Of a DNA stretch of 64,000 bases, positions 36,691 through 46,235 are shown one piece after another. A program made the translations under genes and the position numbers. Origin of the DNA: an uncultured delta proteobacterium (GTDB lineage Bacteria; Myxococcota_A; UBA9160; UBA4427); contig CAWGJT010000013.1 in NCBI GenBank assembly GCA_963822965.1, positions 160,001 to 224,000 of the forward strand, read 5' to 3'. Position 1 is the first letter of the stretch. Each line of letters begins with the position of its first letter. Below the pieces are notes generated by a model. That model did no database searches, was not told the origin of the DNA, and saw only the letters and a program-made list of their open reading frames with translations.

Positions 36691-37952
36691 GCGGCGTCCA
36701 GGCCATCCACGCCGCCCGCGCGCGCCTCGACGCGGCGCGCGACGCCCTTCGCGCTCGGCCCCGCGAGCAGACCCTGGACGTCCTGGCCGCGCTGCTCGAC
36801 GAGTGGAGCCGACCCGACTCGCCCTGGCAGCGGCAGCTCGTCGACGAGCACGCCGCCGCCGCGGGCTTCTCGCCGGCCAACGTGCGCGAGGGCCTACAGC
36901 GGGGGCTCGCACCCTGGACGGGGAAGGCCCTGCGCGACCTGGTGGCGGGCGAGCTCGGCGCGCTCGGCCCCGCGCAGCTCGTGACCGGCTTCGACCGCAC
37001 GAGCGTCGTGCTCGCCGGCTCGATCCCCATGCCGACGTTCCTCTCCCTGCTGGCCCCTCTGGTGCTCCACTCGCCGGTGCTGGCCCGCCCCGCCTCCCGG
37101 GATCCCGTGACGCCGCGACTCTTCGTCGACAGCCTCGCCGCCCGCGATCCCGAGCTGGCCCGCTGCGTGGAGATCGTCGCGTTCCCGAAGAACGACCCGG
37201 CCTGCACGCGGGCGTTCCTCGACGCGGGGCTCGTCGTCGCCACCGGGTCGGACGAGACGGTGGCCGCCGTCGCGGGACACCTCCATCCCGGAACGCGCCT
37301 CGTCGCCAACGGTCACCGCCTCTCCCTCAGCGTGATCGGCCCGGAGGCGACGGGCTCGGACGACACCGTGCAGGCCGTCGCCGCGGCCACGGCGCTGGAC
37401 GTCGCCCTGTGGGACCAGCTCGGCTGTCTGTCGCCGGTGGCGGTCCTGTGCCAGGCGGAGCCCGCGCAGTGCGAGCGCCTGGCGGAGGCCCTCGCCGAGG
37501 CCCTCGCGAAGCTCGAGGCGGAGCTGCCCCGCGGCACCCCGGACCCCGAAGCGGCCGCCGCGATCCGACGCGAGCGGGAAGAGGCGATGATGCGCCGGGC
37601 GGCGGGCGGCGACGTCGGGATCCACGGGGATCCGCGCGGGCGCTTCACGGTCGTCCGGGAGGCGGACGACGACTGGCGTCCCGCACCCCTCCACCGCTTC
37701 GTCCGCGTGCATCCGCTGCGGAGCCGCAAAGCGCTCTGCGAAAGGGTCGCGTCGCTCGGCAGACACCTTGCCGGCGTCGCCCTCGCCGGCTTCGGCGACG
37801 AGCAGGACGCGGTCGCAGCCGCCATGGCGTCGCGCGGAGCGTCGCGCATCTGTCCGCCCGGCCGCCTCCAGGCGCCGCCCCTGTCCTGGCACCACGAGGG
37901 TCGATCGCCGCTGCTGCCCCTGGCGCGCATCTCGGATCTCGAAGCCTGCTGA
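36687..37952 (+). CDS. LuxC-like acyl-CoA/acyl-protein reductase
   Basis: ATGSDETV, GHRLS, DVALWDQLGCLSP, RICPPGRLQAPP.WHHEG; ATGA overlap. Confidence 0.82.
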   Translation: MSGVQAIHAARARLDAARDALRARPREQTLDVLAALLDEWSRPDSPWQRQLVDEHAAAAGFSPANVREGLQRGLAPWTGKALRDLVAGELGALGPAQLVTGFDRTSVVLAGSIPMPTFLSLLAPLVLHSPVLARPASRDPVTPRLFVDSLAARDPELARCVEIVAFPKNDPACTRAFLDAGLVVATGSDETVAAVAGHLHPGTRLVANGHRLSLSVIGPEATGSDDTVQAVAAATALDVALWDQLGCLSPVAVLCQAEPAQCERLAEALAEALAKLEAELPRGTPDPEAAAAIRREREEAMMRRAAGGDVGIHGDPRGRFTVVREADDDWRPAPLHRFVRVHPLRSRKALCERVASLGRHLAGVALAGFGDEQDAVAAAMASRGASRICPPGRLQAPPLSWHHEGRSPLLPLARISDLEAC

Positions 37953-37974
37953 AGCCACGACCCGGGGAGAGCCC

Positions 37975-38241
37975 ATGAGTCCGTTCCGCCCGCCCGCGAA
38001 CCGTGAGTGCACCGACAGCCTCGGCGCCGCATCCGCCTGGCTGCGGCGGGCCGGGCTGCTCGTCGCGGCAGCGACCGCCCTGATGGGCTGCGATCTCGGC
38101 TCCGCCCCGGGACCTTCCCAGACGTGCCGCGAGGCGGGCATGCAGTGCACGCTGCCCGAGGGCCCGCTCGGCGTCTGCGAGCGGACGACTTGCCCATCCG
38201 GCACGTCCGCGCCCTGCTTCCGGTGCACGCCCCAGCACTGA
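37975..38241 (+). CDS. Small Cys-rich lipoprotein
   Basis: Lipobox-like LMGC followed by six further Cys in about 45 aa. Confidence 0.65.
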   Translation: MSPFRPPANRECTDSLGAASAWLRRAGLLVAAATALMGCDLGSAPGPSQTCREAGMQCTLPEGPLGVCERTTCPSGTSAPCFRCTPQH

Positions 38242-38307
38242 GCCCGATCCGCCGGACGGTCTCCTTGCGATCCTGGGCGCGGTGTTCCTCGTCTTCCCGG
38301 CGGCGCC

Positions 38308-38505
38308 GGCCGGATCGGTGTCTTCGTGGCCTACGTCGACGGCGCCACGCCGGTGGAGCTGGACCGGGAGAGCAGCGACTCCGCCTGGTGCCCCATCCGC
38401 GAAGCCGGGGAGCGCCTGCCCCTGCCCGACCAGCGGCGCGTGCTCGATCGGGTCATCGAGAGCCTCATCCGGAAGCCTCCCGACGAGGCCCTGCGGATCG
38501 TCTGA
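38308..38505 (+). pseudogene. Probable C-terminal remnant of a Nudix hydrolase
   Basis: Manual translation GRIGVFVAYVDGATPVELDRESSDSAWCPIREAGERLPLPDQRRVLDRVIESLIRKPPDEALRIV-stop; no Nudix box or good start upstream. Confidence 0.45.
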
Positions 38506-38545
38506 AGCGCGGAGCGGCGACTTCGGGAAGGGCTATGCTGGCTCG

Positions 38546-39859
38546 ATGAGCGCAACCGCCGCGGCCCCGGCACCGACCGTCTCCGCGACCCGCTACTCGC
38601 CCGGCTATCTGCGATACGCGCTCGGTCTCCTGACCGTCGTCTACGTCATCAACTTCGTCGACCGGCAGATCCTGTCGATCCTGCTCCAGTCGATCAAGCT
38701 CGACCTCGGCCTCAGCGACTTCCAGCTGGGGCTGCTCTCGGGCACCGCTTTCGGGGTGTTCTACGCCACCCTCGGCGTGCCCATCGCCCGCCTCGCGGAC
38801 GTCTTCTCGCGGAAGGGCGTGATCGCGATCTGCCTGGCGATCTGGAGCGGCATGACCGCGCTGTGCGGCACCGCGTCGAGCTTCCTCCTGCTGCTCACCT
38901 ACCGCGTGGGCGTGGGCATCGGGGAGGCCGGCGGATCCCCTCCCTCCCACTCGCTGATCTCCGACTACTTTCCACCCCAGCGCCGCGCGACTTCCCTGAG
39001 CATCTTCTCCCTGGGCGTTCCCTTCGGAATCCTGGTGGGCTTCCTGGCAGGCGGCTGGCTGAACGAGAGCCTGGGCTGGCGCAACGCGTTCCTCGTCGTG
39101 GGCCTGCCCGGTCTGTTCCTCTCGCTGCTGGTCGCGCTCACCCTGAAGGAGCCGCCCCGCGGCAACTCGGAGGGTCTCCTCAGCACCGCGAAGGCGCCGC
39201 CCGCCCTCGAGGTGATGCGCTTCCTCTGGCGGTCGCGCTCCTTTCGCCACGTCTCCCTCGGGTCCGCGCTCTACGCGTTCGTCGGGTACTCGGTGGTGAC
39301 GTGGGCGCCGACCTTCCTGATCCGATCGCACGGCATGGAGACCGCAGCGATCGGCACGTGGCTGGCACTGATCATCGGCGCGGGCGGCGGAATCGGGACG
39401 GTGCTCGGCGGGGTCTTCGCCGACCGCTGGGCGACGCGCAACGAGAAGGGCCGGGTCTACGTTCCCGCCATCGCGCTCTTCGCCTCCTTCCCCTTCGCGT
39501 TCGTCATCTACCTGACGCCGAACACCGGACTCGCCCTGGCAGCCCTCTGCATTCCGACCCTGCTCGGCTCGATGTACCAGGGGCCGGCCTTCGCGATCAC
39601 CCAGTCGCTGGCGACCCCGATGATGCGCGCCACCGCGTCCGCCATCCTGCTCTTCGTCATCAACATCATCGGGCTGGCCGTCGGTCCCGCGGCGACCGGG
39701 CTCCTGAGCGACGCGCTCGAGCCGCGGTTCGGCGACGATTCCCTTCGCTACGCGCTGCTCTCCGTCTCCATGGTGCTCGCGTGGTCGGCATTCCACTTCT
39801 GGCGCGCTGCACCGAGCCTGGAGGCGGACGTCGAGTTCGTGAGAGCGGCGTCCCGATAG
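38546..39859 (+). CDS. MFS transporter (spinster-like)
   Basis: NFVDRQIL, LSDFQLGLL, VGIGEAGGSPPSHSLISDYFP; about 12 TM segments. Confidence 0.92.
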   Translation: MSATAAAPAPTVSATRYSPGYLRYALGLLTVVYVINFVDRQILSILLQSIKLDLGLSDFQLGLLSGTAFGVFYATLGVPIARLADVFSRKGVIAICLAIWSGMTALCGTASSFLLLLTYRVGVGIGEAGGSPPSHSLISDYFPPQRRATSLSIFSLGVPFGILVGFLAGGWLNESLGWRNAFLVVGLPGLFLSLLVALTLKEPPRGNSEGLLSTAKAPPALEVMRFLWRSRSFRHVSLGSALYAFVGYSVVTWAPTFLIRSHGMETAAIGTWLALIIGAGGGIGTVLGGVFADRWATRNEKGRVYVPAIALFASFPFAFVIYLTPNTGLALAALCIPTLLGSMYQGPAFAITQSLATPMMRATASAILLFVINIIGLAVGPAATGLLSDALEPRFGDDSLRYALLSVSMVLAWSAFHFWRAAPSLEADVEFVRAASR

Positions 39860-39868
39860 GGGGACCCC

Positions 39869-40339
39869 ATGCGAGCCCATCGGCTCCGAGTGCTTCTCCT
39901 CTTCCTCTCCGTCGGCACCGGCCTGTCCGCGGCGGCCTGTCTGGGTCCGGTGCCCACCTTCGAAGGCGACCACCCGGCGAGGGACGTCGCGGTGATCCGG
40001 ATGGGGGTCCTGGGACGCATCCTCGAGATCGACGGCGAGCCCTGGGAGGGCAAGGCCTTCCAGGTGCTGCCGGGCGAGCATCACGTGCGCTTCTTCGTGC
40101 AGATCCGCGGTGAGGAGGTGCACGAGTTCGTCCACTACCAGCGCGCCAACTGCGAGTGCGAGGCGACCGTTCTCGCGCGCGCCGGTCGGACCTACGAGAT
40201 CGTGCGCACACCCACCAAGTACCTCGGCCGGAAGGACGAGCTGGATGTCTACCGGCAGGACTTCGGGTTCGGCATCTGGGTCCGGGACGCCCGGACCGAG
40301 GCCCTGGTCACCGAGGCGAACGGCTGCCACTGGCAGTGA
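39869..40339 (+). CDS. Hypothetical lipoprotein
   Basis: Signal ending AAAC; VLPGEHHV, ARAGRTYEI. Confidence 0.65.
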   Translation: MRAHRLRVLLLFLSVGTGLSAAACLGPVPTFEGDHPARDVAVIRMGVLGRILEIDGEPWEGKAFQVLPGEHHVRFFVQIRGEEVHEFVHYQRANCECEATVLARAGRTYEIVRTPTKYLGRKDELDVYRQDFGFGIWVRDARTEALVTEANGCHWQ

Positions 40340-40447
40340 GCCGGGGTCGGTCCCGCGTCCGGGTGGTCTCGGCGCCGGGGTGGCGCTACCCGTGATCCCC
40401 GGTCGGGCGGCCTTCTGGGCGGGCCGGCGGCCGGCGGGGGATGCGCG

Positions 40448-40879
40448 ATGGTCGAGCCGAAGGTCGTCACCTTCTTCTACGGGTCGTACATCAACCCGGC
40501 GGTGCTCCGGGAGGTGGACCTGACTCCGGACCGGGTGGAGGTGGCCCGGCTGCCGGGGTTCGACATCGAGATCCGCCCCCTGGCGAACCTCGTGCCCTCG
40601 GATCGACACACGGTCTACGGCATCCTGGCGACGGCCACCCACGCCGAGCTCGCGCGGCTCTACGACCACGCCCGCGACGTGCTGGGCGGCGTCTACCTTC
40701 CCCGCGCCGTCCTCGCCCACACGCTCTCGGGTCCCCTGGAGCCGGCGCTCTGCTACATCGCGCCGAGCCTCGATCCCGGGCCTGCCACCGCCGCGTACGT
40801 GGAGCGGATCGCGGGACCCGCCCGCAGCTACGGGTTTCCCGCCTGGTACCTCGAGCGCGTGGAGTCGTTCCGGCCGTGA
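40448..40879 (+). CDS. Gamma-glutamylcyclotransferase-like protein
   Basis: FFYGSYIN, TVYGIL, YVERI...YGFPAWYLE. Confidence 0.75.
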   Translation: MVEPKVVTFFYGSYINPAVLREVDLTPDRVEVARLPGFDIEIRPLANLVPSDRHTVYGILATATHAELARLYDHARDVLGGVYLPRAVLAHTLSGPLEPALCYIAPSLDPGPATAAYVERIAGPARSYGFPAWYLERVESFRP

Positions 40880-41718
40880 GGATTCCTTCCCGCTCGCACT
40901 CCGGCTCGGGCCCCGGCTCGCTCACCGGGCGGGTCGTCCTCGTGACCGGCGTCTCCCGCCGCATCGGGATCGGCGCCGGACTCGTGGAGCGGCTCGTCGC
41001 CGACGGCGCCTGCGTGCTCGCTTCGGGCTGGGAAGCCTACGACGCGACGACGCCCTGGGGAGGCGACCCCGACGGCGGGGAGGCGTTCGTGCGCTCCCTC
41101 GGCGTGCCCACGACGCGCCTGCAGTACGTCGCCGCGGACCTCGAAGACCCCGAGGCGCCCGACCGCCTGGTGCGCGAGACCCTCGAACGCTTCGGGCGCA
41201 TCGACGCGGTGGTGGCCGACCACGCGCGCAGCTCCCACACCGCCTTCGCCGACGTCACCGCCGCCGAGCTCGACCGCTGCTGGGCGGTGAACGCGCGTGC
41301 CAGCCTGCTGCTCGCCCAGAGCCTGGGAGCGCGCCGTGCCCCCGGCCCCGGAGGTCGCGTGGTGCTCTTCACCAGCGGCCAGCACATCGGGCCGATGGCC
41401 GGCGAGATCGCCTACGCGGTGAGCAAGGGCGCGCTCCACCAGATGACGGCCTCCCTGGCCGACGCGCTCGCCGACGCGGGGATCACGGTCAACTGCATCA
41501 ACCCGGGACCGGTGGACACGGGCTACCTCGAGGGCGCCGCCCACGACCGCGTGGCGAGGACCTTCCCGGGCGGGCGCTGGGGGACGCCCGGGGACGTGGC
41601 CAACCTCGTCGCTTGGCTCCTCTGCGACGAGGGCGGCTGGATCACCGGGCAGGTGATCAACAGCGACGGCGGCTTCAATCTGCGGATCTTCCGCGGCCCG
41701 CCGCCGGATCGACGCTGA
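40876..41718 (+). CDS. SDR oxidoreductase
   Basis: VTGVSRRIGIG, YAVSKGA, NCINPGPVDTG, ITGQVINSDGG. Confidence 0.9.
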   Translation: MRIPSRSHSGSGPGSLTGRVVLVTGVSRRIGIGAGLVERLVADGACVLASGWEAYDATTPWGGDPDGGEAFVRSLGVPTTRLQYVAADLEDPEAPDRLVRETLERFGRIDAVVADHARSSHTAFADVTAAELDRCWAVNARASLLLAQSLGARRAPGPGGRVVLFTSGQHIGPMAGEIAYAVSKGALHQMTASLADALADAGITVNCINPGPVDTGYLEGAAHDRVARTFPGGRWGTPGDVANLVAWLLCDEGGWITGQVINSDGGFNLRIFRGPPPDRR

Positions 41719-41731
41719 ACGGCCGGACGCG

Positions 41732-42100
41732 TCAGGAGGCGTCGCGTTCCGTCCCGCCTTCCCGAGGCCGCCGCCGCGGCAGGTTGATGCAGTCTGCGAG
41801 ATCCACGTAGATCTCGCCCCCTTCGACGCGCACCGCGAAGCAGGGGATCGGGAAGCCGTCCCCGTCGTCCGGACGGAAGCCCGTGCGCACGTCGAACGAC
41901 CAGCCGTGCGACCCGCACACGACGACCGGGCCCTCGAGGTGCCCCTCGCTCAGGGGATCGCCCGCGTGCGGACAGCGGTTCTCCATGGCGTGGATGCGAT
42001 CGCCCACACGGAAGAGCCCCACGTCGATGCCGCCGACACGCACGCAGAGGCCGCGGCCTTCGGGCACCTCGCTCACCCTCGCTACCCTTTCGAACGGCAT
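41732..42100 (-). CDS. Rieske [2Fe-2S] ferredoxin
   Basis: ENRCPHAG...VCGSHGWSFD. Confidence 0.9.
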   Translation of the reverse strand: MPFERVARVSEVPEGRGLCVRVGGIDVGLFRVGDRIHAMENRCPHAGDPLSEGHLEGPVVVCGSHGWSFDVRTGFRPDDGDGFPIPCFAVRVEGGEIYVDLADCINLPRRRPREGGTERDAS

Positions 42101-42157
42101 GCGCTCGGCAGCATAGGACACGTGGAAGGCGCCTCGCGTAGGCACGCCCGGACGCTC

Positions 42158-42264
42158 TCGCTGGGACAGACGTTTCGCTGGGACAGACGCTTTCGCTGGG
42201 ACAGACGCTTTCGCTGGGACAGACGCTTTCGCTGCGGCAGACGCTTTCGCTACGGCAGACGTGC
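42158..42264. repeat. Tandem array of 6 ~18-bp copies derived from the 3' end of the SDR gene
   Basis: TCGCTGGGACAGACG(C)TT x4, TCGCTGCGGCAGACGCTT, then TCGCTACGGCAGACGTGC containing the stop at 42250-42252. Confidence 0.92.
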
Positions 42265-43083
42265 CCGGGCCCGCGCCCGCTCCAGCGCCTCGGGCTCGAC
42301 CGGATCCATCCGGGCGGCGCCGGCTCGCGCGAGGCGCGGTGCGACGAGCCGCAGCCAGCGCGCCAGGCCGAGCATCGGGCTCCGGCGGGGGACCACCATC
42401 TCGTCGATCCCCTTCTCGATGACCTCGAAGATGCCGTCCACCACGATCTTCGGAGGGTGGCGACGGCCGGTGAAGCCGGAGCGCCGCTCGAACTTCTGCC
42501 AGATCTCGGTCTCGATGGGCCCCGGGTGCACCAGGGCCACGTGGATGTTCGATCCCGCCAGGTCGTTCCAGAGTCCCTCGCTGAAGCCGTTCATCGCGCA
42601 CTTCGAGGCGGCGTAGAGGGTCTCGTAGGTGGGCACGAGCTTGGTCGCGAAGGACGAGACGTTCACGATGTGGCCGCCACCACCGCGCAGCATGTGCGGC
42701 AGGACGGCGAAGGTCGTCCACAGGCACGAGAAGAAGTTGACGCGCATGACGGTCTCCGCCTCCTCGACGGACACCTCATAGATGGCCTTGTGGCAGGGCA
42801 TCGCGGCGTTGTTGACGAGCACGTCGACGCGCCCGTGGCGCGCCGCGGTCTCCTCGATCACCCCTTCGGCAAAGGCGCGCTCGCCCAGGTCCCCTGCCAG
42901 GTAGTCCGACGCCGGGGACGTCTCGCGACAGGCGGCGACCAGCGCCTGCAGCTCGGGCTCGCGCCTGGCGACCGCCATCACCCGGCAGCCGCGACGCGCG
43001 AAGGCCAGGGCGGCTTCGCGCCCGATGCCGGAGGATGCCCCCGTCACGACGACCACCCGGTCCTTCCAGTCGATTGCGGGCAT
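42250..43083 (-). CDS. SDR oxidoreductase
   Basis: TGASSGIG, LVNNA, NVSS, YAASK. Confidence 0.9.
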   Translation of the reverse strand: MPAIDWKDRVVVVTGASSGIGREAALAFARRGCRVMAVARREPELQALVAACRETSPASDYLAGDLGERAFAEGVIEETAARHGRVDVLVNNAAMPCHKAIYEVSVEEAETVMRVNFFSCLWTTFAVLPHMLRGGGGHIVNVSSFATKLVPTYETLYAASKCAMNGFSEGLWNDLAGSNIHVALVHPGPIETEIWQKFERRSGFTGRRHPPKIVVDGIFEVIEKGIDEMVVPRRSPMLGLARWLRLVAPRLARAGAARMDPVEPEALERARARARLP

Positions 43084-43149
43084 GCGCTGCCTCCCCGGCG
43101 TTGCGCGCCGGTCCCGACGACGGATCCGGGCCGGCTCTCGGGCTCGCGT

Positions 43150-44715
43150 TCAGGCGATGCCCATCCGCTCGTAGTGGTCTCGTGGCGCCTCGACGGCATC
43201 GAGGGCGGCCCGCAGCAGGTCGATTGCGTCCTTCTCGGCGGGGCTGCCCACCAGGTTGCGGCGCTCTCCCGGATCGTTCTCGAGATCGAAGAGATAGTGG
43301 TCCGGGCGCGCGGCGGCGGCCCAGTAGGGAAGCGGGTCGCCCGCCGCGAACGGCTGCCGGATGACCGGCACCGTCGAGCCCGGCATGCGGTCGAGCCAGG
43401 CGCGGTCGTCGGGGCGCGGGATGCGATAGGCGTGCAGCGGTCCGATCGGCATCGTCGACCAGCGGTTCGACCACATGGAGAGCGGCGCGTTCTCGCCCAC
43501 GTGAGCCCGGGCGTACTTGCGGCGTCCGTCGATCACGTGCACCTGCCGCCCCCAGATGCCAGCCAGCGCCCACTCGCGGATGGAGGTCTCCCGCCCCTCG
43601 ACCAGCGGGAGCAGGCTCCTTCCGTGGGTGCGGTGGGCGCTCTCCACGCCGAACAGGTCCGCCAGGGTCGCGTGGATGTCGACGTTGGTGGTGAGGGCGT
43701 CGATGCGCCCGGGGCCGCGTCCGGGCCAGCAGACGAAGAGCGGCGTGTGACCGAGGGTCTCGTAGAGGGGCACCCCCGGCTTTCCCCAGACGTCGAGCCC
43801 CTCGACGGTGGTCTCGCCCAGGTAGTGCCCGTGGTCGGTGCACACGACGATCATGGTGTCGTCCGCCAGACCGAGGTCGTCGATCGTATCCAGGAGCCTG
43901 CCGAACCACGCGTCGATCATGGTGAGCCCGCCGCCGTAGCTGGCGCGCACCTGCCGGCCGTCGCGCTCGCTCATCTCGCCCCGAGCGATGGCGCCCACCG
44001 CGTACGGCGGCCAGATGAGCTTCGGCCCGGGCCAGTCCGGGTCGTACATCGACGCATAGGGCTCGGGGGTGTCGAAGGGCTCGTGCGGGTCGAACTCGTC
44101 GACGAAGAGCAGGAAGCGGTCGTGCCGTCCGGCGTTCTCGCGCAGCCAGCGCGAGGCGGCCGCCATCGTCTTCGGACCGGGGAAGTCCGACTCCTCCCGG
44201 AACCAGGTGCGCGAGCGGTCGTACGGGCGCTCGAAGGGGGCCCGCCGCGCTGCGGGAATCTCCGGCGCGCCCACCGGGCTCGGATCCGAAACGGTCTTCC
44301 AGGGATCGCCCTCGTGGCCCCGCACGTACTCCCAGGCGTCGAAGTCCGTGTGGTAGTTCTCGCCCCCGGTCTCGAAGAGGTGCGGGTGGTCGGAGACGAG
44401 CATCGTGACGACGCCGCGCTGGCGCGCGTGATACGTGATCGCCTCCTCCCAGATCTCGACGGAGCCCCAGGGACGCCACAGGAAGTCGAGCGCGCCGCAC
44501 AGGATGTCGTGCCGCGCGGGCATGCACGGCAGCGAGCCGGAGAAGTGCCGCTCGAAGCGCAGGGAGCGAGCCGCGAAGCGGTCCAGGTTCGGCGTCTCGA
44601 ACTCGCCTCCCCCATAGGCGCCCAGCATGTGGCGGTTCAGGCTGTCGAGCAGGACGACGATCGCGTTCCGGGGGCGGGCGTCGTTCGGGCGCGGGTGCGC
44701 GGGGCGCTCGCTCAC
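43150..44715 (-). CDS. Sulfatase (Cys/formylglycine type)
   Basis: LLDSLNRH, CMPAR (CxPxR), FDPHEPFD, TDHGHYLGE; GTG start overlapping the upstream stop. Confidence 0.9.
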   Translation of the reverse strand: MSERPAHPRPNDARPRNAIVVLLDSLNRHMLGAYGGGEFETPNLDRFAARSLRFERHFSGSLPCMPARHDILCGALDFLWRPWGSVEIWEEAITYHARQRGVVTMLVSDHPHLFETGGENYHTDFDAWEYVRGHEGDPWKTVSDPSPVGAPEIPAARRAPFERPYDRSRTWFREESDFPGPKTMAAASRWLRENAGRHDRFLLFVDEFDPHEPFDTPEPYASMYDPDWPGPKLIWPPYAVGAIARGEMSERDGRQVRASYGGGLTMIDAWFGRLLDTIDDLGLADDTMIVVCTDHGHYLGETTVEGLDVWGKPGVPLYETLGHTPLFVCWPGRGPGRIDALTTNVDIHATLADLFGVESAHRTHGRSLLPLVEGRETSIREWALAGIWGRQVHVIDGRRKYARAHVGENAPLSMWSNRWSTMPIGPLHAYRIPRPDDRAWLDRMPGSTVPVIRQPFAAGDPLPYWAAAARPDHYLFDLENDPGERRNLVGSPAEKDAIDLLRAALDAVEAPRDHYERMGIA

Positions 44716-46082
44716 GAAGTCTCCTTCCAGGTCGCGACGACGCCCTCGCGCGCGCAGCGATCCGCCGCGAAGGCCATTCGGTGGCTCCAGAGCGACTGCC
44801 TCGCGCTGGTGTCGGGCTCTCCGGCGCCGCCCACCGCCTCCAGGAAGCCCCGGAAGAGCTGCGGGTCGGAGCCGCCGTGGGCACCCGCGGCCAGCACGAG
44901 ATCGACGGCGCGGGTACGACCCGTCTTGTGGTCGCTCACCTCCACGAACTGCTCCACGGTGTAGAAGCCGGCGACGAGGCTTCCTCGGGTGCCGTCGATG
45001 CGGGTCTCGCGGCCCTCCCGGTGGGAGGTCGAGTGCATGGTGAAGCTCGCGTTGACGCCGTTCGCGAAGAGGACGTCCACGTTCTGGCTCGAAGGCTGGT
45101 CGTTGTCGCCCACCCGGTACACGCAGCGCCCGTAGCGGCTCTCGCGCAGGGCACGCTCGAGGCCTTCGGGCGAGGGGTCGCTCGTGACGACCGAGACCGG
45201 CCAACCCGTCCAGCCCCGGGCCCGAGGCGGCTCGGCGGGGGGCTCATTCGGGGCCGCAGGCGCTGCCGAGGCCGCGGGCCGCGTCTTCTTCGCCAGGTCG
45301 AGCAGCAGCGGGGTCAGGTCGCGATACATCGCCACGGCATCGTACGCGCAGCCCCCGGCGTGGGGACAACCCTCGATGCAGAACCCCGGTGCGCCCTCCG
45401 GCGCATTGGCGGCGCACAGCTCGGTCGGTCGCTCGTGGGAGGTGAGCCGTGCGGGCTGCGCGCCCGCCAGCCAGTAGAGGAGGTCGAGATCGTGGCACGA
45501 CTTGGCCAGGATCATGGGCGACGAGGCCCGGCGGTTGCGCCAGTGTCCACGGCAGTAGGAGTGCGCGTAGTGCCAGGTCGACACGTTCTCGGAGTGCTGG
45601 ATGGTCACGATCTTCCCGATCTCTCCGGAGTCGATCACCTGCTTGACGGCGCGGTAGAGCGGCGCGTAGCGAAGCACGTGACAGATCTGCAGCAGCCGGC
45701 CGGCGCGCTCGCTGGCCTCGACGAGGCGCTCGCAGTCCGCCTCCCGGGTCGCCATCGGCTTCTCGAGGAGCACGTGGTAGCCGCGCTCGAGGGCGAGGAG
45801 GGCGGGCTCGACGTGGTCGGCGTCCCCCGTGGCGACGAGCGCGAAGTCGGCAAGGCGGGGCCGCGCGAGCAGCTCGCGGAAGCCCGGGAAGCGGGCCTCC
45901 TCCGGCAGGCCGAAGCGCGCAGCGAAGGCGCGGCGGCGATCGGGATCGGGCTCCGCGACGGCGACGATGCTTCCGAGCCCGGGCTCCGCGAGCAGGAGCG
46001 GTACGTACGCGTTGCCTCCGCGGTCGCCGGCGCCGATCACGACGCCGCGAGGTCCACCTGCCGGATCCGAGCAAGACGCCAT
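44712..46082 (-). CDS. Gfo/Idh/MocA family oxidoreductase
   Basis: IGAGDRG, LLEKPMA, CHVLRY, HSYCRGHWR, LAKSCHDLD, HGGSD. Confidence 0.9.
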   Translation of the reverse strand: MASCSDPAGGPRGVVIGAGDRGGNAYVPLLLAEPGLGSIVAVAEPDPDRRRAFAARFGLPEEARFPGFRELLARPRLADFALVATGDADHVEPALLALERGYHVLLEKPMATREADCERLVEASERAGRLLQICHVLRYAPLYRAVKQVIDSGEIGKIVTIQHSENVSTWHYAHSYCRGHWRNRRASSPMILAKSCHDLDLLYWLAGAQPARLTSHERPTELCAANAPEGAPGFCIEGCPHAGGCAYDAVAMYRDLTPLLLDLAKKTRPAASAAPAAPNEPPAEPPRARGWTGWPVSVVTSDPSPEGLERALRESRYGRCVYRVGDNDQPSSQNVDVLFANGVNASFTMHSTSHREGRETRIDGTRGSLVAGFYTVEQFVEVSDHKTGRTRAVDLVLAAGAHGGSDPQLFRGFLEAVGGAGEPDTSARQSLWSHRMAFAADRCAREGVVATWKETS

Positions 46083-46235
46083 CTCGCGATGCTAGCCCCA
46101 ATGCACCATTCAGGGGTGCTTCCTGCGCCCCGCAGACCCTGGCAGGGGGGAAGGCCTGGGATAGGCTTGCCGGCCACCCGAGCATGGCGTCCCCGGCGAG
46201 ACCGGACGCGGAAGCGAGAAGGGGAGCGGAGAAGC

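Noticed and set aside
26624..37952. Bioluminescence system (LLM luciferase-like gene plus luxE/luxC)
   Set aside because: The LLM protein is an F420-type oxidoreductase about 8 kb away on the other strand; there is no luxAB pair or luxD
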